Shown here in pieces: positions 48,074 to 63,012 of a DNA stretch of 64,000 nt. Each line of letters starts with the position of its first letter. Positions within the stretch are counted from its first letter, which is position 1. Source of the stretch: Macrostomum lignano. Its lineage: Eukaryota. Both the position numbers and the translations under genes were made by a program. The notes below the pieces were generated by a model. The model saw only the letters and a list, made by a program, of their open reading frames with translations. It did no database searches and had not been told where the DNA came from. Location: positions 62,001 to 126,000 of the forward strand of contig NIVC01000749.1 of NCBI GenBank assembly GCA_002269645.1, written 5' to 3'.

Positions 48074-51000
48074 CCCTCAGTTCTTGAATCTGCAGTTTCT
48101 CTACTGTACCCTCAGTTCTTGAATCTGCAGCCTCTCTACTCTACCCTCAGTTCTTGAACCTGCAGCCTCTCTACTGTACCCTCAGTTCTTGAATCTGCAG
48201 TTTCTCTACTCTACCCTCAGTTCTTGAATCTGCAGTTTCTCTACTCTACCCTCAGTTCTTGAATCTGCAGTTTCTCTACTCTACCCTCAGTTCTTGAATC
48301 TGCAGTTTCTCTACTCTACCCTCAGTTCTTGAATCTGCAGTTTCTCTACTCTACCCTCAGTTTTTGAATCTGCAGTTTCTCTACTCTACCCTCAGTTCTT
48401 GAATCTGCAGTTTCTCTACTCTACCCTCAGTTCTTGAATCTGTAGTTTTTCTACTCTACCCTCAGTTCTTGAATCTGCAGCCTCTACTCCATCCCTCAGT
48501 TCTTGAATCTGCAGCCTCTCTACTCTACCCTCAGTTCTTGAATCTGTAGTTTTTCTACTCTACCCTCAGTTCTTGAATCTGCAGCCTCTACTCCATCCCT
48601 CAGTTCTTGAATCTGCAGCCTCTCTACTCTACCCTCAGTTCTTGAATCTGCAGCCTCTCTACTCTACCCTCAGTTCTTGAATCTGTAGTTTTTCTACTCT
48701 ACCCTCAGTTCTTGAATCTGCAGCCTCTACTCCATCCCTCAGTTCTTGAATCTGCAGCCTCTCTACTCTACCCTCAGTTCTTGATTCTGCAGCCTCTCTA
48801 CTCTACCCTCAGTTCTTGAATCTGCAGCCTCTCTACTCTACCCTCAGTTCTTGAATCTGCAGCCTCTCTACTCTACCCTCAGTTCTTGAATCTGCAGCCT
48901 CTCTACTCTACCCTCAGTTCTTGAATCTGTAGTTTTTCTACTCTACCCTCAGTTCTTGAATCTGCAGCCTCTACTCCATCCCTCAGTTCTTGAACCTGCA
49001 GCCTCTCTACTCTACCCTCAGTTCTTGAACCTGCAGCCTCTCTACTCTACCCTCAGTTCTTGAACCTGCAGCCTCTCTACTCTACCCTCAGCTCTTGAAT
49101 CTGCAGCCTCTCTACTCTACCCTCAGTTCTTGAATCTGCAGCCTCTCTACTATACTCTCAGTTCTTGAATCTGCAGCCTCTCTACTCTACCCTCAGTTCT
49201 TGAATCTGCAGCCTCTCTACTCTACCCTCAGTTCTTGAATCTGCAGCCTCTCTACTATACTCTCAGTTCTTGAATCTGCAGTTTCTCTACTCTACCCTCA
49301 GCTCTTGAATCTGCAGCCTCTCTACTCTACCCTCAGTTCTTGAATCTGCAGCCTCTACTCCATCCCTCAGTTCTTGAATCTGCAGCCTCTCTACTCTACC
49401 CTCAGTTCTTGAACCTGCAGCCTCTCTACTCTACCCTCAGTTCTTGAATCTGCAGCCTCTCTACTCTACCCTCAGTTCTTGAATCTGCAGCCTCTCTACT
49501 CTACCCTCAGTTCTTGAACCTGCAGCCTCTCTACTCTACCCTCATTTCTTGAATCTGCAGCCTCTCTACTCTACCCTCAGTTCTTGAACCTGCAGCCTCT
49601 CTACTCTACCCTCATTTCTTGAATCTGCAGCCTCTCTACTCTACCCTCAGTTCTTGAATCTGCAGCCTCTCTACTCTACCCTCAGCTCTTGAATCTGCAG
49701 CCTCTCTACTCTACCCTGAGTTCTTGAACCTGCAGCCTCTCTACTCTACTCTGAGTTCTTGAATTTGCAGCCTCTACTCTACCCTCAGCTCTTGAATCTG
49801 CAGCCTCTCTACTCTACCCTCAGTTCTTGAACCTGCAGCCGCTCTACTATACTCTCAGTTCTTGAATCTGCAGCCTCTCTACTCTACCCTCAGTTCTTGA
49901 ATCTGCGGCCTCTCTACTCTACCCTCAGTTCTTGAATCTGCAGCCTTTCTACTCTACCGTCAGTTCTTGAATCTGCAGCCTCTCTACTCTACTCTCAGTT
50001 CTTGAATCTGCAGCCTCTCTACTCTACCCTCAGTTCTTGAATCTGCAGCCTTTCTACTCTACCCTCATTTCTTGAATCTGCAGCCTCTCTACTCTACCCT
50101 CATTTCTTGAATCTGCAGCCTCTCTACTCTACCCTCAGTTCTTGAATCTGCAGCCTCTACTCCATCCCTCAGTTCTTGAACCTGCAGCCTCTCTACTCTA
50201 CCGTCAGTTCTTGAATCTGCAGCCTCTCTACTCTACCCTCAGCTCTTGAATCTGCAGCCTCTCTACTCTACCCTCAGTTCTTGAATCTGCAGCCTCTCTA
50301 CTCTACCCTCAGTTCTTGAATCTGCAGCCTCTCTACTCTACCCTCAGTTTTTGAATCTGCAGCCTCTCTACTCTACCCTCAGCTCTTGAATCTGCAGCCT
50401 CTCTACTATACTCTCAGTTCTTGAATCTGCAGCCTCTCTACTCTACCCTCAGTTTTTGAATCTGCAGCCTCTCTACTCTACCCTCAGTTCTTGAATCTGC
50501 AGCCTCTCTACTCTACCCTCAGCTCTTGAATCTGCAGTTTCTCTACTCTACCCTCAGTTCTTGAATCTGCAGCCTCTACTCTACCCTCAGTTCTTGAATC
50601 TGCAGCCTCTACTCTACCCTCAGTTCTTGAATCTGCAGCCTCTCTACTCTACCCTCAGTTCTTGAACCTGCAGCCTCTCTACTCTACCCTCAGTTTTGAA
50701 TCTGCAGCCTCTCTACTCTACCCTCAGTTCTTGAATCTGCAGCCTCTCTACTGTACCCTCAGTTCTTGAATCTGCAGCCTCTCTACTCTACCCTCAGTTC
50801 TTGAATTTGCAGCCTCTCTACTGTACCCTCATTTCTTGAATCTGCAGCCTCTCTACTCTACCCTCAGTTCTTGAATCTGCAGCCTCTCTACTCTACCCTC
50901 AGTTCTTGAATCTGCAGCCTCTCTACTCTACCCTCAGTTCTTGAACCTGCAGCCTCTCTACTCTACCCTCATTTCTTGAATCTGCAGCCTCTCTACTCTA

Positions 51001-53564
51001 CCCTCAGTTCTTGAACCTGCAGCCTCTCTACTCTACCCTCATTTCTTGAATCTGCAGCCTCTCTACTCTACCCTCAGTTCTTGAACCTGCAGCCTCTCTA
51101 CTCTACCCTCAGTTCTTGAATTTGCAGCCTCTCTACTCTACTCTGAGTTCTTGAATTTGCAGCCTCTACTCTACCCTCAGCTCTTGAATCTGCAGCCTCT
51201 CTACTCTACCCTCAGTTCTTGAACCTGCAGCCTCTCTACTATACTCTCAGTTCTTGAATCTGCAGCCTCTCTACTCTACCCTCAGTTCTTGAATCTGCGG
51301 CCTCTTTACTCTACCCTCAGTTCTTGAATCTGCAGCCTTTCTACTCTACCGTCAGTTCTTGAATCTGCAGCCTCTCTACTCTACTCTCAGTTCTTGAATC
51401 TGCAGCCTCTCTACTCTACCCTCAGTTCTTGAATCTGCAGCCTTTCTACTCTACCCTCATTTCTTGAATCTGCAGCCTCTCTACTCTACCCTCATTTCTT
51501 GAATCTGCAGCCTCTCTACTCTACCCTCAGTTCTTGAATCTGCAGCCTCTACTCCATCCCTCAGTTCTTGAACCTGCAGCCTCTCTACTCTACCGTCAGT
51601 TCTTGAATCTGCAGCCTCTCTACTCTACCCTCAGCTCTTGAATCTGCAGCCTCTCTACTCTACCCTCAGTTCTTGAATCTGCAGCCTCTCTACTCTACCC
51701 TCAGTTCTTGAATCTGCAGCCTCTCTACTCTACCCTCAGTTTTTGAATCTGCAGCCTCTCTACTCTACCCTCAGCTCTTGAATCTGCAGCCTCTCTACTA
51801 TACTCTCAGTTCTTGAATCTGCAGCCTCTCTACTCTACCCTCAGTTTTTGAATCTGCAGCCTCTCTACTCTACCCTCAGTTGTTGAATCTGCAGCCTCTC
51901 TACTCTACCCTCAGCTCTTGAATCTGCAGTTTCTCTACTCTACCCTCAGTTCTTGAATCTGCAGCCTCTACTCTACCCTCAGTTCTTGAATCTGCAGCCT
52001 CTACTCTACCCTCAGTTCTTGAATCTGCAGCCTCTCTACTCTACCCTCAGTTCTTGAACCTGCAGCCTCTCTACTCTACCCTCAGTTTTTGAATCTGCAG
52101 CCTCTCTACTCTACCCTCAGTTCTTGAATCTGCAGCCTCTCTACTCTACCCTCAGTTCTTGAATCTGCAGCCTCTCTACTCTACTCTCAGTTCTTGAATC
52201 TGCAGCCTCTCTACTCTACCCTCAGTTCTTGAATTTGCAGCCTCTCTACTGTACCCTCATTTCTTGAATCTGCAGCCTCTCTACTCTACCCTCAGTTCTT
52301 GAACCTGCAGCCTCTCTACTCTACCCTCATTTCTTGAATCTGCAGCCTCTCTACTCTACCCTCAGTTCTTGAACCTGCAGCCTCTCTACTCTACCCTGAG
52401 TTCTTGAACCTGCAGCCTCTCTACTCTACTCTGAGTTCTTGAATTTGCAGCCTCTACTCTACCCTCAGCTCTTGAATCTGCAGCCTCTCTACTCTACCCT
52501 CAGTTCTTGAACCTGCAGCCTCTCTACTATACTCTCAGTTCTTGAATCTGCAGCCTCTCTACTCTACCCTCAGTTCTTGAATCTGCGGCCTCTCTACTCT
52601 ACCCTCAGTTCTTGAATCTGCAGCCTTTCTACTCTACCGTCAGTTCTTGAATCTGCAGCCTCTCTACTCTACTCTCAGTTCTTGAATCTGCAGCCTCTCT
52701 ACTCTACCCTCAGTTCTTGAATCTGCAGCCTTTCTACTCTACCCTCATTTCTTGAATCTGCAGCCTCTCTACTCTACCCTCATTTCTTGAATCTGCAGCC
52801 TCTCTACTCTACCCTCAGTTCTTGAATCTGCAGCCTCTCTACTCTACCGTCAGTTCTTGAATCTGCAGCCTCTCTACTCTACCCTCAGCTCTTGAATCTG
52901 CAGCCTCTCTACTCTACCCTCAGTTCTTGAATCTGCAGCCTCTCTACTCTACCGTCAGTTCTTGAATCTGCAGCCTCTCTACTCTACCCTCAGTTTTTGA
53001 ATCTGCAGCCTCTCTACTCTACCCTCAGCTCTTGAATCTGCAGCCTCTCTACTATACTCTCAGTTCTTGAATCTGCAGCCTCTCTACTCTACCCTCAGTT
53101 TTTGAATCTGCAGCCTCTCTACTCTACCCTCAGTTCTTGAATCTGCAGCCTCTCTACTCTACCCTCAGCTCTTGAATCTGCAGTTTCTCTACTCTACCCT
53201 CAGTTCTTGAATCTGCAGCCTCTACTCTACCCTCAGTTCTTGAATCTGCAGCCTCTACTCTACCCTCAGTTCTTGAATCTGCAGCCTCTCTACTCTACCC
53301 TCAGTTCTTGAACCTGCAGCCTCTCTACTCTACCCTCAGTTTTTGAATCTGCAGCCTCTCTACTCTACCCTCAGTTCTTGAATCTGCAGCCTCTCTACTG
53401 TACCCTCAGTTCTTGAATCTGCAGCCTCTCTACTCTACCCTCAGTTCTTGAATTTGCAGCCTCTCTACTGTACCCTCATTTCTTGAATCTGCAGCCTCTC
53501 TACTCTACCCTCAGTTCTTGAATCTGCAGCCTCTCTACTCTACCCTCAGTTCTTGAATCTGCAG
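48074..53564 (-). repeat. 35-bp satellite, mirror copy, about 157 units with ~1.3-1.4-kb higher-order blocks
   Basis: Directly visible; the rare variant CTGCGGCC recurs at 49903, 51295 and 52583. Confidence 0.98.
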
Positions 53565-54086
53565 TCAATTCCTACATAGCATGTTTAGACCACTTTAAGG
53601 CAAACTTCGTCGAGTCCATTAAACAACTTTTACTGCGAGTGTAATTGAAAACAGTCGGTTGTGAGGTTACTTTCTAAGTATAAGTTATGTTTATGCAAGA
53701 AAAGAATGGTTAAGAAACTCAGTACTGTATAATTTTAACACTTATATCGATAATAAAGCTTAAAATATTGATAACTTTTTATTAATCGCGTTCCCTGCTA
53801 TATAATGAAGCGAGTATTAGACAAAGTTTTACTTTCACCAAATTTTTACACAGCTTTCCCATGGTAGGAATGTCTAATAAAAATTAAGTTAGTGTACGTG
53901 AAGCATTACTTTAGTTTCGAAAAAATTACACGTTCCGGCATTGGATGTTACACCGTAACTACAGAAGTGTTACCGACTGTATATAGTAGTATAATATTAT
54001 TGACCAGATTCACTTGCCCAAACCCTCATGTCATGCATTTACGCGTACTGGCAATTCAACAGCGCTCATTCGACATTCAGACATCC

Positions 54087-57000
54087 TTATTTAACATCGG
54101 ACTCGTCGCATTTGCTCTCAACTGCAACATCTTCGCTTTGCCTCTCGGCCGTGGCGTTGTTCTCGGCGATCTCAGCCAGACTTGGTGCCCTCTGAGAGTC
54201 GCCAGCTTCATCCTCGGTGGCGGCTGCTGCAGCAGCAGCGAGCTGCATCTGCTCCAGCCTCTGCACGATCAGGCGATGCTCCTCCAGCAGAGTGGTGAAT
54301 TGACGCCTCCGCTGGGCAGCCGACGAGCGAATCATGTTGGCGGTCAGCTCGGAATTGCGTCGGCGGATCACTCGCTGCTCGACGCGCTGCTTCTTCCGGT
54401 TGAGTCCTGCGAGGGTTAGGGGGAAAAGTTGGCAGTGGAGCCAGCTGGAGCTCCTCCAGGATGCTCACCTTGATCCCTTGGCCGGATAAGCTTATGACGT
54501 CACTACTGTGGCGTCGGAACCATCAGACCATGAGAGACAACATTAGCCCCCCCCCCAATTTTATTTACAGAGGAAGATTTCTTTTCTGCAAAGCGTGAGC
54601 CGACGGCTTTGCTATTTAACTCTGCTGGTGAACGTAATCTCGGCAGTTTTTGGTTTCAGAGAGCCTGAGACGGCAGTGCTCCGCCCCGAGCAAAGAGCAG
54701 AGCGAAAAAAGCCAGAAGTCAAAGGTTCAAGCCAAAAGTAAAAAAAGCCTTTGCAATCCTATCGCAGCTGTGTAGGACCTTTGGTACGCCTCTTGTGGAA
54801 CCTAACCGCCAGACTTAAACCAGCAGTTTCATACGGTGGAATAATTTTGGGCTATCTCCCTGTGGATTAAGACATGTTTTGAGGCTCTCAGAAGGTGCAC
54901 AGGGGCGTGCGTGTCGCATGATCATCACTTCGAGCGGTCCAATTCAAAGCTTTATAGAGCCATAGCGAAGCGTCAGCTTCTGCCGCACTCTGACCTTGCA
55001 AGAGTCTGAGCATTCTCTTGGATGCCGTACGCCGAGCCTAGAACCTCCAGTTCTTGGCTCGGCGTACAGTTCTAGATCACCCTTCATTAGGACGTCAACG
55101 ACCATTGAAACTTTCAGAAGAGGTCCACTGATTCAAAGATGGCTCCCTGGAAGACGGCCTCACCTAGCTTTGGGATCTGCATCTTAATCAAAATTTGTGT
55201 GAGTGCAATCCACACCCTGCATACTAAAAGACTCTCCAGCGTCTTTCAGAAAAAATCCTTGCTATCAGCTCCTGGCGCCGCAGAACTGTGTTGCAGCAAC
55301 GCAAGTGCGCTATTAGAAAGACGATTATCATCCACTACGACAGCCAGGTCGCTCAGCGAGCCCTAAGCTGCACCGCCAAGAAATCCCGGGGCAACTCAGG
55401 ATTCTAGCAAGGGCAACAATCTGCCCGACTCTGGCTAAGAGAGGAACGTTCCAGCTCCCGTCGGCTCCTTGCCCCCTTCTAATGTTTAGACAATGAAAAT
55501 TCCCAGCACTTTGTCTGCCAATGCCCGCGGTATTGAACAAGGAGTGGCTGCATCAACTCGGAGTCAAATCCATCCTTGGATGCTGTGTGTAAACCGGATA
55601 CTACGCAAAGGAGCACACTTCATTTATATACATCGCCTTTTTGACAAAATATAGATTTCATATCATTCCTTTAATCTCCAAATTGATTCAAAAGTATTTC
55701 TCGTTCATCATGGGTCTAACAGAGGTTCAGGATCTTCAACAAGATATTGAGGCTAAAGAGATTGCTTGTTTGAGAGATGACTTTGCAGTAGCATCGGATA
55801 GGGAGACGGGGCTGCAGTCAAAGAGGCAGCAGGCTTCTATAATGATTAGCGTTCTCGAGCTGCATGCTCTGCAAAATAATGTTTCTTGTCTTTTTTCTCA
55901 GCCCCGGCCTCTGCAACCCTGAGAAGAAACTCGAGCTCTCTAATTATAAAGTCAACACGACTGACTGTGACCCGAAACTTTTTGCTACTGCTTCATCCAT
56001 GCAGCTTTGTCGTAATTTTGCTTTTCCTGTCCCATTGTAGAGATGTTTTAGCTCTGCTGCAGTTCTGCTCATATCTCAAGGAGTGAGACAACAACTAGCC
56101 GTAGTGAAATAAATATTGTCCCATAGTATCATTATAGGGCTGATAAACTGAGGTATAGCAACTCATCAGTAATACGGTGGGCAAGCTCAGGTGTGAAAGC
56201 GACTATATAATTTGTCACAAACAAAGACCACAGTGCTAGATAGTTTAGTTAAATGCAGGGGTCTGTGTGCATCCTGGTGCACCTAAAGCGACATTGTCAA
56301 ACAACCTACGAGGGGCATTACTGCCCATTACGCCGACTCCCCTTGAGCAGGCAGACAAGCGCGCAAATAGTTTAGTTAAAAGAGTGTACAGCGGCCCTAA
56401 CTTTATTCATCGTTAGGCATGTACACTTCACTGTGCCTTGGGGGTTGGCCCTCAAGGGCGTTGATTGCACGAGCAGAGCCAAGCCGAGATTTCTATTTGG
56501 CCCAAATTAATGTGACTGCACTTGGAATCGAGCCTGGGCCGCTGGCACACCAGAGCGCCGCGCTAGACCAACAGCTAGTGCGGCTCGGTTCGCCTTAGAC
56601 TACAGTTGAGTAATTGGGAATTAGATCGAACTGAGTCGGAGAGCGTTGCCGTTCTGCTACAACAACACCATTCTCACATTCATGTATACAGAAAGGCAAA
56701 AATTTATTGTGTTATATGATGTATATCAGGTCTAAAAATTATAAAAGGCCATAAAATTTTAAGGAAGTGCCAAAAATGGAAACAAATAACTGAGAGTTTT
56801 GTCTTAGACGTCTATCGAACAGGAGTCACAGCACTAATTTATGAGCTTCACTTTTTCACTCCTTTTAGCTTTTTTGGCGTTTTAGGAAAAAATATGTTTA
56901 TGCTACAGCTGGTTAGTTCAAATACGAGACAAAAATAGACGCACTTATTAAGAAGCTTACATGTATTTTCGCTCTTACTGAAGTACTGAACCAATTCCTA

Positions 57001-57961
57001 TTGGTTTTGCCTAATAAACAGCTATTTATTTCACTGTCGCATGCACAACTACCAGTAAATTAATTCATTTAGATGGTCTGCTGGAGTTATGCTATGGTTA
57101 AGGATTGCTTTTCTAGCCCCCCCTGACATCTCCTCCCGACCGACGCTTTAATTAATCGATAATTAACTCTTTATCGATTTACTGCCGTTCGGGACCGCAT
57201 ACCCCAACCCCCACCACTTTCTTATCCTTGTTAAACCTCTCTACACTGGGCATTGATGGGCGTTCATTTTCTTGAATAGTTGGTCCCTCAGCCACAGCCC
57301 CCCTGTTTCCCGCCCTGCTAACCTTCCCCTCTTGATTTTCTTAGACTATCCATTGTTGTTTATTGGCCCCTCAGTCCCAACCCCACTTTCCTATCCCTGC
57401 TACCCCCCCCCCCACTTCATTGTTATCAACTGTTTATTGGCCCCTCAGTCCCAACCCCACTTTCCTATCCTGCAACCCCTCCCACTTTATTGTTATCGAC
57501 TGTTTATTGGCCCCTCAGTCCCAACCCCACTTTCCTAACCCGGCTACCCCTCCCACTTTATTTTTATCGATTGTTTATTGGCCCCTCCCAACCCCACTTT
57601 CAACTAAATCATCGACTAGGTATTATGTAGTTGTTAGGATTCTTCTAAAATATTTTTAAAGTTATTAAATTAAAAATGCTTTTAATACAACACAATATAT
57701 TTTTGTTTAAATATGTCACTTTTTGTTTAATTGCAACTCACCGCGAAGCCCGGCCATCTGCTGGGCCTCCGGCAGTTCACCGTCGATCTCTACCTCCTGA
57801 GCAACGCCAAATTCGTTTTGCACCAGCATTTCAACGTTGGACGTTTGTCGCATTAGAGGCGGCGGCTGGCCCTGCCTCTGTGGAGCCTGCGACGACGGCG
57901 TCGAGCTCGGTGGAGTCGGAGGCGGCGGCGGCGGCGTCTGCGGCTGTCGGCTCGAATGCAT
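54087..57961 (-). CDS. mirror copy of the two-exon orphan gene
   Basis: Exons 57742-57961 and 54087-54406; both open, with two amino-acid differences from the left copy (Q/P, E/D). Confidence 0.75.
54630..55590 (+). mobile_element. degenerate LINE fragment, mirror copy
   Basis: Near-identical mirror of 25440-26400. Confidence 0.55.
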
Positions 57962-58890
57962 GGCTGCTAGCTAAAGAAGCAAAAGAGGCAGCTGTTGCTT
58001 GTTAACAAAAAATTCCGCTAATTTTCCAACTCTGCTATCTGATATGACCAGGAAATCAGCACCTAAAATTCAAAGTGCCATTTTACATCTCCCTACTGAC
58101 GTTAACTTATTTATTGTTTGTTGGAAGTTTTCTTTTATAAAATTTCCAAGAGTAATCGCCAAAAGGATGCAAAAAATGAGCTCGCCCATTTGCGCGGACT
58201 AGTCAGGCATTCCACTAGAGGAAAAATACGCGACTAGACCATGGGTCCACGGTGGCATGGACTCGACTAGTCATGGCTCCCTTTCGACCCCTTTGGGCGC
58301 TTTTTTGTCGCGCTTTCTTAAAGGGGTTTATATTTCGAGTATTCTTACCTGAAACGCTCCAGATTATAAAATCCTGTCGACTGTACTGTGCTCCGGTCAA
58401 GAGCTTCTCTCGTACGAGTCACACCTGCCTTATATATTTTACTGCTTCCTGTGTTATCGTATGCGCGTACACAAATGTGATGAGGCGAAGATAGCCCAGC
58501 TCTCTACACTTCCCATCAGGAGGGGTGAGCTAACCCGTCTGCCTGCCCCCCCCCCGGTGAGCTGAAGCGATATTGTTTCGAGCTGCTCACGGATTCGCTG
58601 GCCTCAATGCTAGCAACTGTGGCTGATATACTTAGCCTGTTTTGCACCGGACCGACCATGGACTCCTAAATTTAGTTGTCTGGAATTAAAACAATGAGCT
58701 AGTCGGTCCTGCAAATTCGAGACTTTTATTGCTCTGAAATTTTCGTTCGGATGATAAACTCGTCATATTCACTCGCCACGACCCCCGGTTCAATTCCGTG
58801 CGCGCCAATCATAATTATTTGGGGTTGTGCATGAGAAATTAGCCGGGGGTTCATGTGCCATTCACACCCATGCGCGAGGGCCAACCCTCG

Positions 58891-58941
58891 TATTACAGTA
58901 TTACAGTATTACAGTATTACAGTATTACAGTATTACAGTAT
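58891..58941 (+). repeat. (TATTACAG)6 octamer repeat; empty site of the P element
   Basis: Six units here versus seven, split by the element, in the left arm. Confidence 0.9.
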
Positions 58942-59759
58942 CCTAGGATATATGCTTTTTAAAATTTTGATAAAAATGAAATTTGAAATAGAGTTGCATA
59001 ACAGGGAAAGTCTATACGAAAGTCAGTTCAGATTGTGTCAATATTCGCGAGAGTGCAACCTCGCGTGTGTTCTTCAATCGTCACCTTAAATCGTCACAGG
59101 AAGCAACCACAAGTATTATTGATATTAGCAGAGTGAAATATCATATCATCGATCATCCGTCGCAAATTTCATTACAACCAGACGCTTAATCAGTTTTCAA
59201 CGATTATGATATTTCGTTTTTTCGAGACGATGCTTTTCTTAGTGCTTGTTACTCGTATAGAAAACCTGCAGCCAATACTGCAGTGTATTGGCTATACGAG
59301 AAAATCTTATGAAAATATATCGAGTCTCGGCGCTCCGTCATAGAAGTCCATGAAACCTGCAGCCTCCTCATCGAGTCCTTGCTTGCGCGATGAAGCCATC
59401 TGTCATTATTCGATTATCTCAATCCCCTTCTACCCCTGTGGCCCCTCTATCCTGCCTTAATAAGCGGCTCCCTTTCACGCAGACAGATGCAGAGCACACA
59501 GAATCTTTGATCAAAGATTGTGCAGCGCATATTCTGACGCGCAATGCATGCAATTTATAGATTTTTTGACATTATAAAAAAACAACATTTTGTTTGTCTT
59601 ACTGCAAGGCAACTATAATCTACTTTAACCGTGCTGAGAAATGAACCTTTTATTAAAAATGCATACTACATGTGTGACTTCCTTAAATTGAAATAATGGC
59701 TGAATTTCAACAAATGTAAGAAATAAATACTTGGACGAGTATCGCACTGAGACAAGTTT

Positions 59760-60883
59760 GCTATACCTGTTGGACAGGTCGCTATACCTGTTGTACAGGT
59801 CACTATACCTGTTGTACAGGTCGCTATACCTGTTGTACAGGTCACTATGCCTGTTGTACAGGTCACTATACCTGTTGTACAGGTCGCTATACCTGTTAGA
59901 CAGGTCACTATACCTATTAGACAGGTCGCTATACCTGTTGGACAGGTCGCTATACCTATTAGACAGGTCGCTATACCTGTTGGACAGGTCGCTATACCTG
60001 TTGTACAGGTCGCTATACCTGTTGTACAGGTCACTATGCCTGTTGTACAGGTCACTATACCTGTTGTACAGGTCGCTATACCTGTTAGACAGGTCACTAT
60101 ACCTGTTGGACAGGTCGCTATACCTGTTGGACAGGTCGCTATACCTGTTGGACAGGTCACTATACCTATTAGACAGGTCGCTATACCTGTTGGACAGGTC
60201 GCTATACCTGTTGGACAGGTCACTATACCTATTAGACAGGTCGCTATACCTGTTGGACAGGTCGCTATACCTGTTGTACAGGTCACTATACCTGTTAGAC
60301 AGGTCGCTATACCTGTTGGACAGGTCGCTATACCTGTTGGACAGGTCGCTATACCTGTTGGACAGGTCACTATACCTGTTAGACAGGTCGCTATACCTGT
60401 TGGACAGGGCACTATACCTGTTAGACAGGTCGCTATACCTGTTGTACAGGTCACTATACCTGTTAGACAGGTCGCTATACCTGTTGGACAGGTCGCTATA
60501 CCTGTTGGACAGGTCGCTATACCTGTTGGACAGGTCACTATACCTGTTAGACAGGTCGCTATACCTGTTGGACAGGTCACTATACCTGTTAGACAGGTCG
60601 CTATACCTGTTGGACAGGTCACTATACCTGTTGGACAGATCGCTATACCTGTTGTACAGGTCACTATACCTGTTAGACAGGTCGCTATACCTGTTGGACA
60701 GGTCGCTATACCTGTTGGACAGGTCGCTATACCTGTTGGACAGGTCACTATACCTGTTAGACAGGTCGCTATACCTGTTGGACAGGTCACTATACCTGTT
60801 GGACAGATCGCTATACCTGTTGTACAGGTCACTATACCTGTTAGACAGGTCGCTATACCTGTTGTACAGGTCACTATACCTGT
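59760..60883 (-). repeat. 21-bp minisatellite, mirror copy, about 53 units
   Basis: Directly visible. Confidence 0.98.
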
Positions 60884-61468
60884 AAGGTGTCCGCTGCACA
60901 GAACAGAAGCTTCTGTAAAACAGGAGCCAACCTCTGCACTCAATAATTTCTTGGAAAACCTATTGCGGGTAAAATGCGGCGTAGTTTGTCATTGTATTAA
61001 CAGGTGCGCTTGGAAATCCTCTAAGAAAAGGAACACACGAGAGTTACTCTTGATCCTCTATTCCGCGTGTTGGTTTTGTTATCGTAGCGTACATGTAGTA
61101 TACCCAACCCTGCAATAGGCTCGCACACGCAAATACGAGGCCTTGCATGATTTTTTGTAGATTCGGTCCGGCGCGCCTTAATCCAACACTGCTTCCCACT
61201 CATCAATCAGTTCGAATATTGTTGCTAAGAGCAAACCTGCCTAGCGACAGACCAGCGCACTTTTAATTTATCTCGAGTTCAGCTTGGAGAGGAATTTTTT
61301 TCTAGTTCGACAGGGCGCGATAATCAGGTGGGGTTTAGCTTGTCTAACGATTTGGATAACGACTGTTCCGTTTACCGACGTGTGCTGTGATTGACGCGGC
61401 AGTTGGGTGGGGTCGTGATAAAGCATTTTTGCAATCATTGGCAGTACTTTTAGTGACGAGCACTCTGG

Positions 61469-61852
<384 letters not shown>

Positions 61853-63012
61853 CTCCAATCATCTGACGTAATCTTTATCTGTTGACGTTGATTGTGCTGG
61901 TTTGTTATCAGCCACCCGTTGCCGCATTTCCCGCACTTCTCCAACTTCGCTTGAACTTGCACTGGCACTGGCAATACTTTTGTGCTGCCGTTCAAAGGTA
62001 AAGGAAAAGCATTAGCAACTGCAGGCAAAGAGTACTTCAGCTCTCTAAGGCTTGATGAAATTCGAACTGCCTAATAGTCGAAGCCGGTTTATAAATAAAT
62101 GTGTATGCATAATGCATATAAGATTTCTATATTTGCCATTTTTTCCTGTCACTTATCTGAGCTGTAGAGAATGGGAAGTTTCATCCCTCTCCTCCTCTAT
62201 CTACCTTTTTGTCGTTAGCTAATTACTTCTGACTATGTGAGATCTAGAACAGACATTTGTAAAAAAAAAGCAGAACCGCATGCTGTACTATTGTACTAAC
62301 ATTTACAGTACTTACGCTAACAACGCTTAAATGGGTTTAAACAAAGTTTTACAATCTTTTTGCATTAAAAAAATCCTTTTGATTAGTCCTATTTAATTCA
62401 AAGCGCACAATAAATTATGACTCAAAGTTTGTATAGTTAATTTTTAACTTCCGATAGTTCGGTGCGATTAAATCTGAGCTCTTTTAACTCTCATAATGCG
62501 CTCGCATCTGTTTACACGGCTGATAGTGAGATAAATCGGTTTGTGTTTTTTTCAGAAGTCATAACATCAAAGTTAGTCGCGATAGCCACTCACGTCTAGC
62601 AACAAAAAATCTTGCGCGAGCGTTAACACTGCAGTTGTACATCTAGCTACGTCTTATGAGTACGTAGAACTATGTATTAGCAGTTTATTGCTAATTTTTT
62701 TACAAGCTGTTACCAATTCTATTTGGTAAGTGCGTCTGAGAGAGCCAAGGACTACTGAAGTTTTTTTCATTTTTTCATTTTTCAGCACAAAAAGTTGTTA
62801 CTGCTTTCGATAGAAAGGACACTCAGTGTTAATCTTCTGATATGTCTTGCCTTGGTTCTTCTTGACATTCAAAAAGCTTTTCGTTTAGAAAATAAGGATT
62901 CTATGGTAATTTTTTATATTGTACCATGACCTTTGTGCCCGCTGGGCACTTATTCTTGCCTTTTAATGCCATAGACTACATTTAAGCCGCTTGCAGGACT
63001 TTAATGCTTTAA

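Noticed and set aside
59625-61118. 424-aa NRYSDLS, TGIATCP and VAIPVGQ repeat proteins
   Set aside because: Several overlapping frames on both strands are open because the 21-bp unit lacks stops; no splice or expression evidence.
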